Positions 1-9,529 of a stretch of 64,000 nucleotides of DNA are shown here, one piece after another. The notes below the pieces were generated by a model. It was given only the letters and a program-made list of their open reading frames with translations, searched no databases and had not been told where the DNA came from. Position 1 is the stretch's first letter. Every line of letters begins with the position of its first letter. The stretch is from positions 1,056,001-1,120,000 of the forward strand of contig OY771506.1 in the NCBI GenBank assembly GCA_963674705.1, read 5' to 3'. The translations under genes were made by a program, and so were the position numbers. Origin of the DNA: Phycisphaeraceae bacterium. Lineage in GTDB: Bacteria > Planctomycetota > Phycisphaerae > Phycisphaerales > Phycisphaeraceae.

Positions 1-2
1 GC

Positions 3-1127
3 TTGGTGGTGCTGGCGTTCGAGATCAGTAATCATCTGTATCCCGAGTCGGGCCTGGTGGCGGTGACGTTAATGGGTGTGCTGCTTGCCAATCAACGCTA
101 CGCATCGGTCGGCCACGTGATCGAATTCAAGGAAAACCTGCGTGTGCTACTGATCTCGTCGTTGTTTATTCTGCTGGCGGCGAGATTAAATGTAGCGGAT
201 GTGAAGCGGCTGGATTGGGGCGGTTTTGGATTCATGTTGGCGGTGATTCTTGTAGTTCGGCCCGTCTCTGTATTGCTGGCGACATTGAAAGCCGGTCTAT
301 CGTGGAAAGAGCGGTTGTGGTTAAGCATGGTTGCACCGCGCGGTATCGTCGCGGCGGCGGTGGCATCGATCTTTGCGTTCAGGTTGGTTGACTCGAAGTA
401 CCCCGGCGCGGACGACCTGGTGCCGGTCACGTTCCTTGTGATCGTGGGCACGATCACGTTCAGCGGACTCGTCGCCGGGCCGATGGCGCGTGTGCTGCAT
501 CTGGCGAAGATGGACCCGCAGGGCGTTTTGTTTGTGGGGGCGCATGCATGGGCGAGGCAAATTGCCAACACACTTGCAAATGAAGGTTTTAAAGTTGTCA
601 TGCTCGATACCAACCGCCGAAACATCAACGCGGCGAAGATGGACGGCATCAAGGCGCACGTGGGATCGGTACTTAATGATGAGCTATTAGAGGAGATCGA
701 TCTGACCGAGGCTCGTCGTGCTCTTGCGCTGACGCCAAATGATGAAGCGAATGCGTTGGCGTCCGTACACCTTGGCGAGTTATTCAGCAGCCAGGATGTC
801 TACCAGCTCCCGCCGGATCGTTCCGGCGTAATGGATGAAAAGTCATCCAAATCACACGACCTGCACGGTCGATACCTGTTTGGCGACAAGATCACGTTCG
901 CAGAGTTGACCGCACGATTCGGGACGGGCCAAGCCGTTAAGGTCAGCAAGATCACAGAGTCTTACACTTACGAGACGTTCCGCGAACACTATGGTGACGA
1001 GGCGCTGCCCCTGTTCGTGATTAGCGAAACAGGTTCGTTGTCGCCAATCGTAGCCGGTTCAAAAATCGAGCCCCAACCCGGTCAGAAGTTGGTGAGCCTG
1101 GTACGCGAAATTGATACAAATACGTGA
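3..1127 (+). CDS. Cation:proton antiporter (CPA1/NhaP-like) with C-terminal RCK/TrkA-N domain, 5'-truncated by window edge
   Basis: Multiple TM helices with ESGLVAVT, LFILLAARL and APRGIVAAAVAS motifs; Rossmann-like VLFVGAH...LDTN tail. Confidence 0.85.
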   Translation: MVVLAFEISNHLYPESGLVAVTLMGVLLANQRYASVGHVIEFKENLRVLLISSLFILLAARLNVADVKRLDWGGFGFMLAVILVVRPVSVLLATLKAGLSWKERLWLSMVAPRGIVAAAVASIFAFRLVDSKYPGADDLVPVTFLVIVGTITFSGLVAGPMARVLHLAKMDPQGVLFVGAHAWARQIANTLANEGFKVVMLDTNRRNINAAKMDGIKAHVGSVLNDELLEEIDLTEARRALALTPNDEANALASVHLGELFSSQDVYQLPPDRSGVMDEKSSKSHDLHGRYLFGDKITFAELTARFGTGQAVKVSKITESYTYETFREHYGDEALPLFVISETGSLSPIVAGSKIEPQPGQKLVSLVREIDTNT

Positions 1128-1140
1128 GTATTCAGCGTAC

Positions 1141-1746
1141 TTAGCGGCGGTTGCGGTAAGCGAGCAACGGCAAGCCCAGCAGCGCCAACGTTGCGGGTTC
1201 CGGAATAACCTGAACGCTCATTAGTGAAAAGTCCGGTGCGATACTGTTGCCGTGGTTCGATGGTGGTGCGGCGTTCGAGATAAAGCGCACAACAAGTTGC
1301 CCATCAGATAGCAGCGAGATATCCACCGGCACGGTCACCACGGATGCCGACGAAGGATTGTGCGATATCCCGATAAACGCTGAATCATTCTGTTGGATGC
1401 CGTCAAAGAAGAAGTCGATCGTATCAACCGAATCGAATGAGTCATGGTCGATCAGTCCAATCGTCAGCGTAGCGGAGACGATGTCGGTGATCGGTGCAAG
1501 TGTGGTGTGCGTATAGGTAAACTCGCCGAAGTCGTTGTCGTATCGATCATCACCAAAGAGCACGCCGTTGAATGGATATGATTCCCCTTGGCCAGCCAGA
1601 AAAGTTTCGGAAGACAGGATCGGAGTCTGGCCGTCCAGAAAGTCCTGTTCGCCCAGCAGATCATCATAGGTGACGGCGTTTGCGGTTGTGCCGGCACAAA
1701 TGATCGGGCCAAGTGTTATTGCCATGAATGTGGATAAATGGCGCAT
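1141..1746 (-). CDS. PEP-CTERM sorting domain protein (secreted, acidic)
   Basis: N-terminal signal peptide; C-terminus VIPEPATLALLGLPLLAYRNRR. Confidence 0.9.
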   Translation of the reverse strand: MRHLSTFMAITLGPIICAGTTANAVTYDDLLGEQDFLDGQTPILSSETFLAGQGESYPFNGVLFGDDRYDNDFGEFTYTHTTLAPITDIVSATLTIGLIDHDSFDSVDTIDFFFDGIQQNDSAFIGISHNPSSASVVTVPVDISLLSDGQLVVRFISNAAPPSNHGNSIAPDFSLMSVQVIPEPATLALLGLPLLAYRNRR

Positions 1747-1950
1747 CGGAATCTTCCTCCATATCTGTATCTAAGTACCTGTCCCCTGCTATGTGATTAG
1801 AAGTGATGTCGGCTCAATAACACGGACAAATTACGTCTGCGCACTTTGTGTGTTTTGAATGAGTGTAGACACAGCGCCGCCTATAAAGTGGCTTGTATCA
1901 GCCTGTAAACGATGGGATTCTCGGGCGGCGTATAGGCGCTATCCCCATGC

Positions 1951-2904
1951 TTATTTGTTGAGTTTCGAGGCGGTGAAGTCGCCGACTTCGTGCGGCAGCC
2001 ACAGCGGCGCGGGCTTGCCGTTGGCGGCTTCATAACCGCACCAAAGTTCGAACCAGTATGCAAGAAACTGATAAGGCTTATAACGCGCGTAATGCTTTTC
2101 GATGCGTGAGTGGAGTTTGGTCGGGTCTTTCGGACGTTTGACGCCGTAGGTCTGGCTGAAGTGGCGGTAGGTTTCGGTGTCGATTGCAAGGCGGTCGTAA
2201 TGACCGAGCAGTTGGCAAACGTTGGCCGCGGCAAAGGGCCCCAGGCCGTGGATTTTCAGCAGCGCCTTGTAGACTTCTTCCGATGTTCTTTCCGGCTGCT
2301 CGAACCAGTCCATATTGATATTGCCGGCTTCAATATCGCGAGCCAGGCGCACGATGCGTTCGGCACGGTAGCCGACTTTACAGTTTGCCTTCAGCCAGTC
2401 GGGGGTAACACTGGCGAGTTGCTTGGTTGTCGGAAAAGCGCCGTGTGTACCGAGTTTTTCACAGAGCAACTTGTTCATACGGACGGTGTTGGCCCACGTG
2501 ACATTGCATCCGGTGATGGTCTTGACGATATCTTCAAACAGTGTCGGAGAACGGAACAGCCGGCCAAACTTCCTGCGCTGTGCGATCGGATGCAGCTTGA
2601 ACCAGTCTCGCAGGTCTTCATCCACGCGCAGCATGCGCTTGACCTGAGACTTGATAGTGTTGCGTTCGGTCGGATTGAGTTTCTTGTCACAGGTAAGGCG
2701 GAGGATGTGGCGGTTGGTTCCGGGCTGACTGATGGTGATGTAAACGCAACGGTTGGGTGCGGTCTGCAGCGGGCGAGAGAATATTTGTGCTCGGGTATCC
2801 CAGAAGTTTGGCGCGAGGATGAAGTAGCCGTAGCTACAGACCGCGGTTTTGAGGTTGAAACCGCGCGGTACAGGGATTGTCAGGATTGAGGCTGGGCGCG
2901 ACAT
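1951..2904 (-). CDS. HhH-GPD superfamily DNA glycosylase
   Basis: HhH motif LLKIHGLGPFAA followed by Asp in LAIDT; GRLFRSPTLFED; ATG 2904 preferred over TTG 2931. Confidence 0.8.
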   Translation of the reverse strand: MSRPASILTIPVPRGFNLKTAVCSYGYFILAPNFWDTRAQIFSRPLQTAPNRCVYITISQPGTNRHILRLTCDKKLNPTERNTIKSQVKRMLRVDEDLRDWFKLHPIAQRRKFGRLFRSPTLFEDIVKTITGCNVTWANTVRMNKLLCEKLGTHGAFPTTKQLASVTPDWLKANCKVGYRAERIVRLARDIEAGNINMDWFEQPERTSEEVYKALLKIHGLGPFAAANVCQLLGHYDRLAIDTETYRHFSQTYGVKRPKDPTKLHSRIEKHYARYKPYQFLAYWFELWCGYEAANGKPAPLWLPHEVGDFTASKLNK

Positions 2905-2960
2905 TCGTGAATGATGGGCGCTAAGCCGCAAGCGGCTTTACACTTGCCGATTTTGTTACA

Positions 2961-3725
2961 TCAGGATTGTGAAGCGTCGAAGTTGGCGACGGGGCCGTGG
3001 GTATGTTGAAGGCGATGTTCAATGCAGAACAGCCACGATGCGAGCGACTGGCACAACCGTTCACCAAGGTGGCGATACAGGCCGTACTTCTCATCAGCCT
3101 CACGATGGATGGCCTCGGCGTCATAGCCGGAGTTGCTGATCCAATCGGCGAACTGCTTGAGCACGCCGTCGATATCCTGGCGGGTCCACTCGAAGTGATA
3201 CTGGAAAGCGTATGTGAATAGACCAACACGGAAAGCTTGATTCTTGCAGGCATCAGAGCTTGCAAGCAGCGCACCACCGGGTGGCAGTTCGGTGACCTGG
3301 TAGCCGTGGGTATGGAATTGCACGGCTTTCCAAGGGATGCCGCCCATGATGGTGTCGGGGAAGCCGGGACGGAACTGTTTAACGGGGAACCAGCCGATCT
3401 CCGGCTTGTCCATCTTTTCGACTTTACCGCCAAGCGCATGAGCGATGAGCTGTGCACCGAGACAAATGCCGACGATCGGCAGACCGGCCTCATGAGCTTG
3501 CTTGATGTACGCGGCCTCCTGATCGATCCAGGGATACGCTTCGGCCTGATCGATGTCCATAGGCCCCCCCATGCTGACGATACCATCTACCTCATCCAGG
3601 TCCGGGGGGATGGCGTCGCCTGCATAGAGCCGGATCGTGCGCAGCTTGTGGCCATGATCTCGCAGGACCTGGCCGAGGCGTGCAGAGGTTTCCATCGCGT
3701 GGTGTTCGAAGACGACGATCGCCAT
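2961..3725 (-). CDS. Class I (triad) glutamine amidotransferase
   Basis: MGGPM oxyanion strand, GICLGAQ nucleophile, FQYHFE His-x-Glu. Confidence 0.9.
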   Translation of the reverse strand: MAIVVFEHHAMETSARLGQVLRDHGHKLRTIRLYAGDAIPPDLDEVDGIVSMGGPMDIDQAEAYPWIDQEAAYIKQAHEAGLPIVGICLGAQLIAHALGGKVEKMDKPEIGWFPVKQFRPGFPDTIMGGIPWKAVQFHTHGYQVTELPPGGALLASSDACKNQAFRVGLFTYAFQYHFEWTRQDIDGVLKQFADWISNSGYDAEAIHREADEKYGLYRHLGERLCQSLASWLFCIEHRLQHTHGPVANFDASQS

Positions 3726-3841
3726 AACGGGCTCCTTGGGTTTGGACCGAGGGATTTTAGCGGATCAGGAGGATGAGGTTTGAATGGCGAACTCGGCCCC
3801 AACATTCAGATCAAAACCAATCGACGACCGATAATCCATTC

Positions 3842-4483
3842 ATGCCTACACCACATGCCCTGATTCTGCATAGCGGCGGCCTGCGGAGCCTGGTGGCGAC
3901 CGCGCTGTCGATCGAAAACGATGATAAGACCCGTTATTCGCTTCTGTTCATCAATGATGGACGAGACAACGAGCAGGCGCGTGTCAACCACGTGCACAAG
4001 CAGGCTGAACGATTCAACCTGTCACGGGTACACGAGTTAGACATCCCGCACTTATTTGGCCACGGCCACGGCAAGGGGCCGGACGGCTCGCCGATCGGGC
4101 CATTGGTTGTGCCGCAAATGCTGCTTGCCGCTCTGGCTAATGCTCGGCTGCAGCAGGCCGGGCGCGTGATCTGGCCGGCATCCTTCAACGCGGACTACAA
4201 GGCTGTCGCCAAGGCCAGCGAGCAAGTGATTCTGGCAGATCAATCGGGAGACTTCGATCTGGGTGATGCCCCGAGGATTGATACCCCCCTGCTTGAGTTG
4301 AGCGACAAGCAGATCATCGAATTGGGCCAGGAGCTTGGGGTGTCGTGGGACCTGTCCTGGTCGTGCCTGGGTTCGGCGGAAATGCCCTGCCGGGCGTGCG
4401 TCGGGTGTCGGCGGCGCAAGTTGGCTTTCCAATCGGCTGGTGTGGTGGACCCGATTGAACGGCCGGCACGTGTGGCGGTGTGA
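3842..4483 (+). CDS. QueC-like PP-loop protein with altered motifs
   Basis: SGGLRS (canonical SGGLDS) and WSC-x7-CxxCxxC-RRR zinc motif; PLLELSDKQII; ATG 3842 preferred. Confidence 0.75.
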   Translation: MPTPHALILHSGGLRSLVATALSIENDDKTRYSLLFINDGRDNEQARVNHVHKQAERFNLSRVHELDIPHLFGHGHGKGPDGSPIGPLVVPQMLLAALANARLQQAGRVIWPASFNADYKAVAKASEQVILADQSGDFDLGDAPRIDTPLLELSDKQIIELGQELGVSWDLSWSCLGSAEMPCRACVGCRRRKLAFQSAGVVDPIERPARVAV

Positions 4484-4522
4484 TTAGATAGAGACAAACG
4501 CTGAGCCGCAAACGGCTTGGGA

Positions 4523-5176
4523 TTACCAGCGGTAGTCGTCTTCGCCCTTGATCAGTTCTTCAATCCGTTCATCAATAATAGATTCTCGCTTGTTGAGACG
4601 ATCTTCCAGTTGCTCAAGCAGTTCCGCGATTTTTTCCTTGAGTTTAACCAGGTCGTGCTCGCGTATCTGCTGGCGGATGTCGAAGTGCTCGGTCACTAAT
4701 TCTCGTAATTGAACCTCTTCGATCGCAGCGATTTCATCGTCACCCTTATCAAGTGCTTCGCGCAGACGTTTGGCGCATTCATGTGTTTGACGGCTTAAGG
4801 CCATATCCTCAACCCGCAGATCAAAGCCTTCCGGATCGTACTTGCGCCAAGACATGAATCGGCCGAGGTGCGGAAAGTTTTCGTTAATCACTTGGCCGAC
4901 ACGGTCAGGGTTTTTATCGAGGGCTTGTTGGAGTTTTTCGGCTTTTTCCGGATCAATTTTCTTTAAAACTTCCATGGCTTCAAGCAATTGCTGGGCGTCC
5001 ATGGGCTTGTCTGGACCACGCCAATCGTCACGGCGAGGTCCCATATCATCACGATCACGTTCGCCTTGAGGCGGTGGTCCGCCCGTACGATCATCAGGCC
5101 CGGGCCCCTGGGCGAACGTGAGTACACCCACAGAAGCTATCAACAAGATTATCAGCGGCAGGTTCGCCCACTTCAT
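4523..5176 (-). CDS. Secreted helical protein, probable accessory of the ECF/anti-sigma pair
   Basis: Signal peptide ending FAQ, G/P/R-rich linker, charged coiled-coil; third gene of the sigma operon. Confidence 0.6.
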   Translation of the reverse strand: MKWANLPLIILLIASVGVLTFAQGPGPDDRTGGPPPQGERDRDDMGPRRDDWRGPDKPMDAQQLLEAMEVLKKIDPEKAEKLQQALDKNPDRVGQVINENFPHLGRFMSWRKYDPEGFDLRVEDMALSRQTHECAKRLREALDKGDDEIAAIEEVQLRELVTEHFDIRQQIREHDLVKLKEKIAELLEQLEDRLNKRESIIDERIEELIKGEDDYRW

Positions 5177-5211
5177 TATGTAAACCTTTCGGTCTTATGC
5201 CGGGCAGTTTG

Positions 5212-5808
5212 TTAGAAGAATTCCGGCTCATCCATCAGGGCGAGCGTCGTGTCGTCGTTAAACTGATCGATCTTGAAACGGACGGCGGCGCGATCCATAC
5301 GGTCGTTGGTGCTGAGGCTTTCGTCACCCCATGCATTTTCATTGCTTGCAAGTTCCACACGCAGCGCCAGCACATCCATTTGCTGATCGATCACCGTGTT
5401 GCCGGGCTCATATGCCCGATCGATCTCGGCAAGACCCATTGCGAATGATTCGAACTCGATGGATTCGTCCTGATCCACCTCAGGGATGGTTGGGGTTTCT
5501 ACTTCCCCGGTGTTCGTGTTGTTGGTCGCAATCTGATCGCCGTCCTGTGATTGATTCATCTGAACCATCGTGAACAAGCCAGCGGCAACAACGATTGCGG
5601 CGGCGGCGGCGATGTGCAGCAGGTTCGGGCCGATGCGTGCCAGGACCGGGCGCTGATTGAGCATGGGCGCGGTCTGGTCGTAGATGCGTTTGGCGAGATC
5701 GGGATCGACGGGTGGCGTACCGGCCGAGACCGCTTCATCGAGCAGCGCATCGAACGCCGGATCGGTTTTGGGGTAGTCGGTGTCGTGTTGTGGCTGATGC
5801 GTATCCAT
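5212..5808 (-). CDS. Putative single-pass anti-sigma factor
   Basis: Short N-terminal domain, one TM (IAAAAAIVVAAGLF), acidic C-terminal domain; directly downstream of the ECF sigma. Confidence 0.6.
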   Translation of the reverse strand: MDTHQPQHDTDYPKTDPAFDALLDEAVSAGTPPVDPDLAKRIYDQTAPMLNQRPVLARIGPNLLHIAAAAAIVVAAGLFTMVQMNQSQDGDQIATNNTNTGEVETPTIPEVDQDESIEFESFAMGLAEIDRAYEPGNTVIDQQMDVLALRVELASNENAWGDESLSTNDRMDRAAVRFKIDQFNDDTTLALMDEPEFF

Positions 5809-5859
5809 CGTCGTCGTCCAATCATGGTCCCGGGCAACGTGCCGGGTTGGTCCGGCCGT

Positions 5860-6534
5860 TCAGGCCGGGGTGGTAGTTTTCTTTTCGTTGCTTCCTTGCG
5901 GGTTATCTTCGCTTTCAGTCATTAACTTCTTCAGTTTCGCCAGGGCTCTGTGGCCCCGGGAGAGTACGGTGCCCAGCGGCTGGTCGAGCGTTTCGGCAAT
6001 CTGGGCGAAACTCAGTCCTGCGCCGTGGCGCAGGTGGATGATTTCCTGGTCGGCCTCACTGAGTTCGCTGATCGCGGCTTGCAGGCGTTGGACCTGTTCA
6101 GCCTTGATCATGGCCTCAGCGGGATCGACTGCCGGGGACGGGCCACCGGAACGGATCGTGAGCTGAGCGGCAGACCAGCCTCCGGTTTGTTCATCCCGGC
6201 CACTTGCGGCCGCAGGCCCCATGTCGGTCGGCACGGCCTGACGCTTTCTGCGTCGCATTTCGTCCCGTAGGCCGTTCATTGCGATCCTGAAAAGCCAGGC
6301 ATCAAATCGGCCGGACTCTTCATATCCCCCTTTATCGCCGATCTTTTTCACGACCTTAACGAATGTTGCCTGTGTCAGTTCCTCGGCTAACTCCTTATCT
6401 CGACAACGATTAAACAGCAATCCATAGACGCGGGGCGTATAGCTTTCCACTAACAACCGCCACGCGGTGGCATCACCCTGGGCCGCCCGTGTAAGCACTT
6501 GTTCTACAGGCACTTCCGGTGTTAGTCGGCCCAT
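5860..6534 (-). CDS. ECF (sigma-70 group 4) RNA polymerase sigma factor
   Basis: Region 2 AEELTQATF...FDAWLFRIAMN; region 4 LSFAQIAETLDQPLGTVLSR; GGAG RBS. Confidence 0.92.
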   Translation of the reverse strand: MGRLTPEVPVEQVLTRAAQGDATAWRLLVESYTPRVYGLLFNRCRDKELAEELTQATFVKVVKKIGDKGGYEESGRFDAWLFRIAMNGLRDEMRRRKRQAVPTDMGPAAASGRDEQTGGWSAAQLTIRSGGPSPAVDPAEAMIKAEQVQRLQAAISELSEADQEIIHLRHGAGLSFAQIAETLDQPLGTVLSRGHRALAKLKKLMTESEDNPQGSNEKKTTTPA

Positions 6535-6665
6535 TCATGCTCCTGTAGTCAAACGTCTTAATCGCCTGAATATTGCCATTATCATCATCTACAGCGTCAC
6601 ACCAACACATTTTACGTTCTACTCGGCTCGCTATCCGGGTCGGATTGGCCGATACTGGCAGGTCT

Positions 6666-7553
6666 ATGGTTGATTTGATGAATACACAAGAACCGGACTT
6701 ACGCGACGCAGACGAGGTCGCGGAGGTCTTTCGACAGGGCGAACAGGCTAACCTCGAAACCCCCAACCGGGCCGGGTCCGTTGTAGATCTGCCGGATTCC
6801 GGTCGGCTGCTGATGACCGGCGATTTGCACGATAACGCCCAGAACTATCAGCGGTTGCTGAAGTTGGCCCAACTGGACGCGTCGCCGGATAACCGGCTGA
6901 TCCTGCACGAAGTGATCCACGGGCCGGACCTGGTCAACGGGCTGGACCTGTCGGTGCGGATGTTGGCCCGTGTTGCGGCACTGAAGGTCCGTTATCCCGA
7001 GCAGGTCTACATCCTGCAGTCCAACCACGAGTTGGCGCAATTCCGGAGCGAAGGCATCCTCAAAGAAGGTAGGGATACCGTGGAAAGCTTCGATGAGGGG
7101 ATCGACTTTCTTTACGCGGATAAAGCCGACGACGTGCGTGAAGCGATGAACGGTTATATCCGAAGTCTGCTGCTTGCGGTGCGATGTGCCAACGGTCTGT
7201 TCGCCAGCCACAGCCTGCCATCCAACAGCCGGATGAAGCGTTTTGATCCGACGGTGATTGATCGCGAACCGACGGCAGAAGACCTGTCGGAAAAGGGTGA
7301 TGTGTATCACATGGTCTGGGGGCGAAGCCAACGCCAAGCGACCGCGGACGTGCTTGCAGAGGCGTGGGGATGCAAGCAGTTTCTGATGGGCCATCAGCCG
7401 GCGGATATGGGATACGAACCGGTCGAAGACACGATGCTTGTTCTGGCATCCGACCACAGCCATGGCGTCGCGCTGCCTTTGGACCTGTCACGCACGTACG
7501 ACCAGGAACAACTGATCGGTGAGATCGTACCGCTGGCGTCGGTGATGCTTTAG
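6666..7553 (+). CDS. Calcineurin-like metallophosphoesterase, divergent motifs
   Basis: GDLH, (S)NHE, SHS, MGHQ; start at 6666 or 6678. Confidence 0.75.
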   Translation: MVDLMNTQEPDLRDADEVAEVFRQGEQANLETPNRAGSVVDLPDSGRLLMTGDLHDNAQNYQRLLKLAQLDASPDNRLILHEVIHGPDLVNGLDLSVRMLARVAALKVRYPEQVYILQSNHELAQFRSEGILKEGRDTVESFDEGIDFLYADKADDVREAMNGYIRSLLLAVRCANGLFASHSLPSNSRMKRFDPTVIDREPTAEDLSEKGDVYHMVWGRSQRQATADVLAEAWGCKQFLMGHQPADMGYEPVEDTMLVLASDHSHGVALPLDLSRTYDQEQLIGEIVPLASVML

Positions 7554-7584
7554 GCGTCGTGTCTAGGCTTGTAGATAAATACCT

Positions 7585-8640
7585 CTATCCAATCACAGCA
7601 CGGACCCGCTCGGTATTCACGGGTCGGATGACGCCGCGCTCGGTAATGATGGCGGTGATCAACTCGGCAGGCGTGACATCGAATGCGGGGCTGTATGTTT
7701 TGACGCTTGGCGGCGCAGTGCGTTTACCGAAGCCTTCGGTGATTTCTTCACTGGCGCGTTGCTCGATGGGGATGGCGTTTCCGTCGGGGATGGCCATATC
7801 GAAGGTTGAGCTGGGGGCCGCGACGAGGAACGGCACGTTGTGATGCTTGGCCGATATCGCCAACGGGTAGGTGCCGATCTTGTTCGCTGCGTCGCCGTTG
7901 CTTGCGATGCGGTCTGCGCCGGTGATGACAACATCGACTTTACCTTCACGCAAGACCTGGCCGGCCATGTTGTCGCAAATGAGCGTGACGTCGATACCCG
8001 CGGCATCGAGTTCAAACGCGGTCAACCGTGCGCCTTGTAATAGCGGTCGTGTTTCGTCGGCAAACACACGGATGGGCTCGCCCTGCTGATGCGCAAGATA
8101 CATAGGTGATGTAGCGGTGCCGATCCCGCCGGTGGCTAAAGCGCCGGCGTTGCAGTGGGTGAGGAAGGTTAGGGGCTTGAGACTTGAGGCTTGGGGCTTG
8201 AGGGTTTGAATGATGTTGAGCGCATGTTGGCCGATCAGTTGGCACATCTTTGCGTCTTCGGTGTGGATGGTTTTGGCTTCAGCGAGTAGCGATTGGGGCG
8301 TGCCCGGCTGGACCTTTTTCATCCGATCGATCGCCCAGAAGAGATTGACGGCGGTTGGCCGGCTCGTTGCAAGGTGGTCTGCGGCTTGCTCGAATTGATC
8401 CGACTGAGCGCCGATCACACAGCCGAAAGCAGCGGCGACACCGATCGCGGGCGCGCCGCGCACGCTTAAGCGTTTGATCGCATCCCATACCGATTGCACA
8501 TTTCGACATTCAAGATAAACCACTTCACCCGGCAGCTTGGTCTGATCGAGCAGGCGGAGATGGCCGGTCTGGGCATCACCGATCCATTCGATGTTGCGCG
8601 GGCCGGGGATGGGGACGATTTGCGAGTTATTTTCGGTCAT
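7585..8640 (-). CDS. mtnA: S-methyl-5-thioribose-1-phosphate isomerase
   Basis: LLDQTKLP, VRGAPAIG, SRPTAVNL, THCNAGALAT, ETRPLLQGARLT, GADRI, ANKIGT. Confidence 0.96.
   Translation of the reverse strand: MTENNSQIVPIPGPRNIEWIGDAQTGHLRLLDQTKLPGEVVYLECRNVQSVWDAIKRLSVRGAPAIGVAAAFGCVIGAQSDQFEQAADHLATSRPTAVNLFWAIDRMKKVQPGTPQSLLAEAKTIHTEDAKMCQLIGQHALNIIQTLKPQASSLKPLTFLTHCNAGALATGGIGTATSPMYLAHQQGEPIRVFADETRPLLQGARLTAFELDAAGIDVTLICDNMAGQVLREGKVDVVITGADRIASNGDAANKIGTYPLAISAKHHNVPFLVAAPSSTFDMAIPDGNAIPIEQRASEEITEGFGKRTAPPSVKTYSPAFDVTPAELITAIITERGVIRPVNTERVRAVIG
8174..8201. repeat. Heptamer tandem repeat (GGCTTGA)x4 inside mtnA
   Basis: ggcttga gacttga ggcttgg ggcttga; encodes part of LKPQASSLKP. Confidence 0.8.
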
Positions 8641-8644
8641 GTAT

Positions 8645-9529
8645 TTATCCGGTTTGAGCTTTGTTGTACGCCAGCGCCATGATGATATTCAGGGCGTTGA
8701 AGCCCATGTGAACAAGGATGCTCGGCAGGAGGCTGCCGGAACGTTCGTAGAGCCAGCCGAGGGATATTCCAAGCACGAGCAGGCCGGGCAAGGCTTGCCA
8801 GTTTTCCCAGGTCTCAAAGTTCACGTGCATGAATGTGAAGAGAAGCGATGCCACGATGACAACTGTCCAACGTCTGCTCTCGCCGAGTGTTTCGACCATG
8901 ACGGATTGAAAGATGCCACGGAAGACCCCCTCTTCGAGGATCGGTGCCACGATCACCGCAGAAAACACGATCAATACGGTGCCAAGCAGTGAATCGGAAT
9001 CGACCAGCATTTTGAGCATGTTGTGCGCGAGGACCGGTGGCTGCTGGCCGAAGAATTGGCCGATCAGCACGGTTATCTGGATCGCAGCCATGACGATTGG
9101 AACCACAGCGAAGAAACCGAGCGCCCCCCAACGCACATCCCGCAATGGTTTGGTGGGGATCACGCCGATCTTACGCCAACCATTCTCCGCAAAGCTGCTA
9201 CGCCAGATCAGGTATAGCACGGGGACCAACTGCCCGCTCGCCTGGGCCAGCAGCGCCCTGCCGGCATAGGACAGTGTGTCGATCTGCTGCGGATCGCCGG
9301 CCTCGGTCTGTCCTTCTGAGAATTGGCCAACCAGGATCGCTACCAGGTTCGGAACCACCATCATCAGCCCCAGCGCGATCAGCAGATCGAAGGGTAAAAG
9401 ACCAACCTTTCGGGATGGCCCTTCATCCAACGCCCGGGGGCTGAGAAACCCCTTGACGATGAGCAGCACGAACAGCCCCACGCCGGCGGCCAACATAATC
9501 GGAGGTAGCAGGACGTTTAGGGACGGCAT
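8645..9529 (-). CDS. CPBP (CAAX protease/Abi) intramembrane glutamic peptidase
   Basis: EEGVFRG, FTFMH and HMGFN motifs with many TMs; start 9529 (ATG) or 9589 (GTG). Confidence 0.88.
   Translation of the reverse strand: MPSLNVLLPPIMLAAGVGLFVLLIVKGFLSPRALDEGPSRKVGLLPFDLLIALGLMMVVPNLVAILVGQFSEGQTEAGDPQQIDTLSYAGRALLAQASGQLVPVLYLIWRSSFAENGWRKIGVIPTKPLRDVRWGALGFFAVVPIVMAAIQITVLIGQFFGQQPPVLAHNMLKMLVDSDSLLGTVLIVFSAVIVAPILEEGVFRGIFQSVMVETLGESRRWTVVIVASLLFTFMHVNFETWENWQALPGLLVLGISLGWLYERSGSLLPSILVHMGFNALNIIMALAYNKAQTG

Noticed and set aside
1729..1737. Perfect DnaA box TGTGGATAA in the PEP-CTERM gene start
   Set aside because: Isolated, inside a CDS, about 44 kb from dnaA; compatible with chance
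1872..1940. Imperfect inverted repeat agcgcc...tata / tataggcgct
   Set aside because: Short, gapped, single copy; no evidence for a MITE or ncRNA
2961..4483. QatABCD or Dpd defence system
   Set aside because: No QatA ATPase, TatD nuclease, class II GATase or DpdA nearby; context is housekeeping
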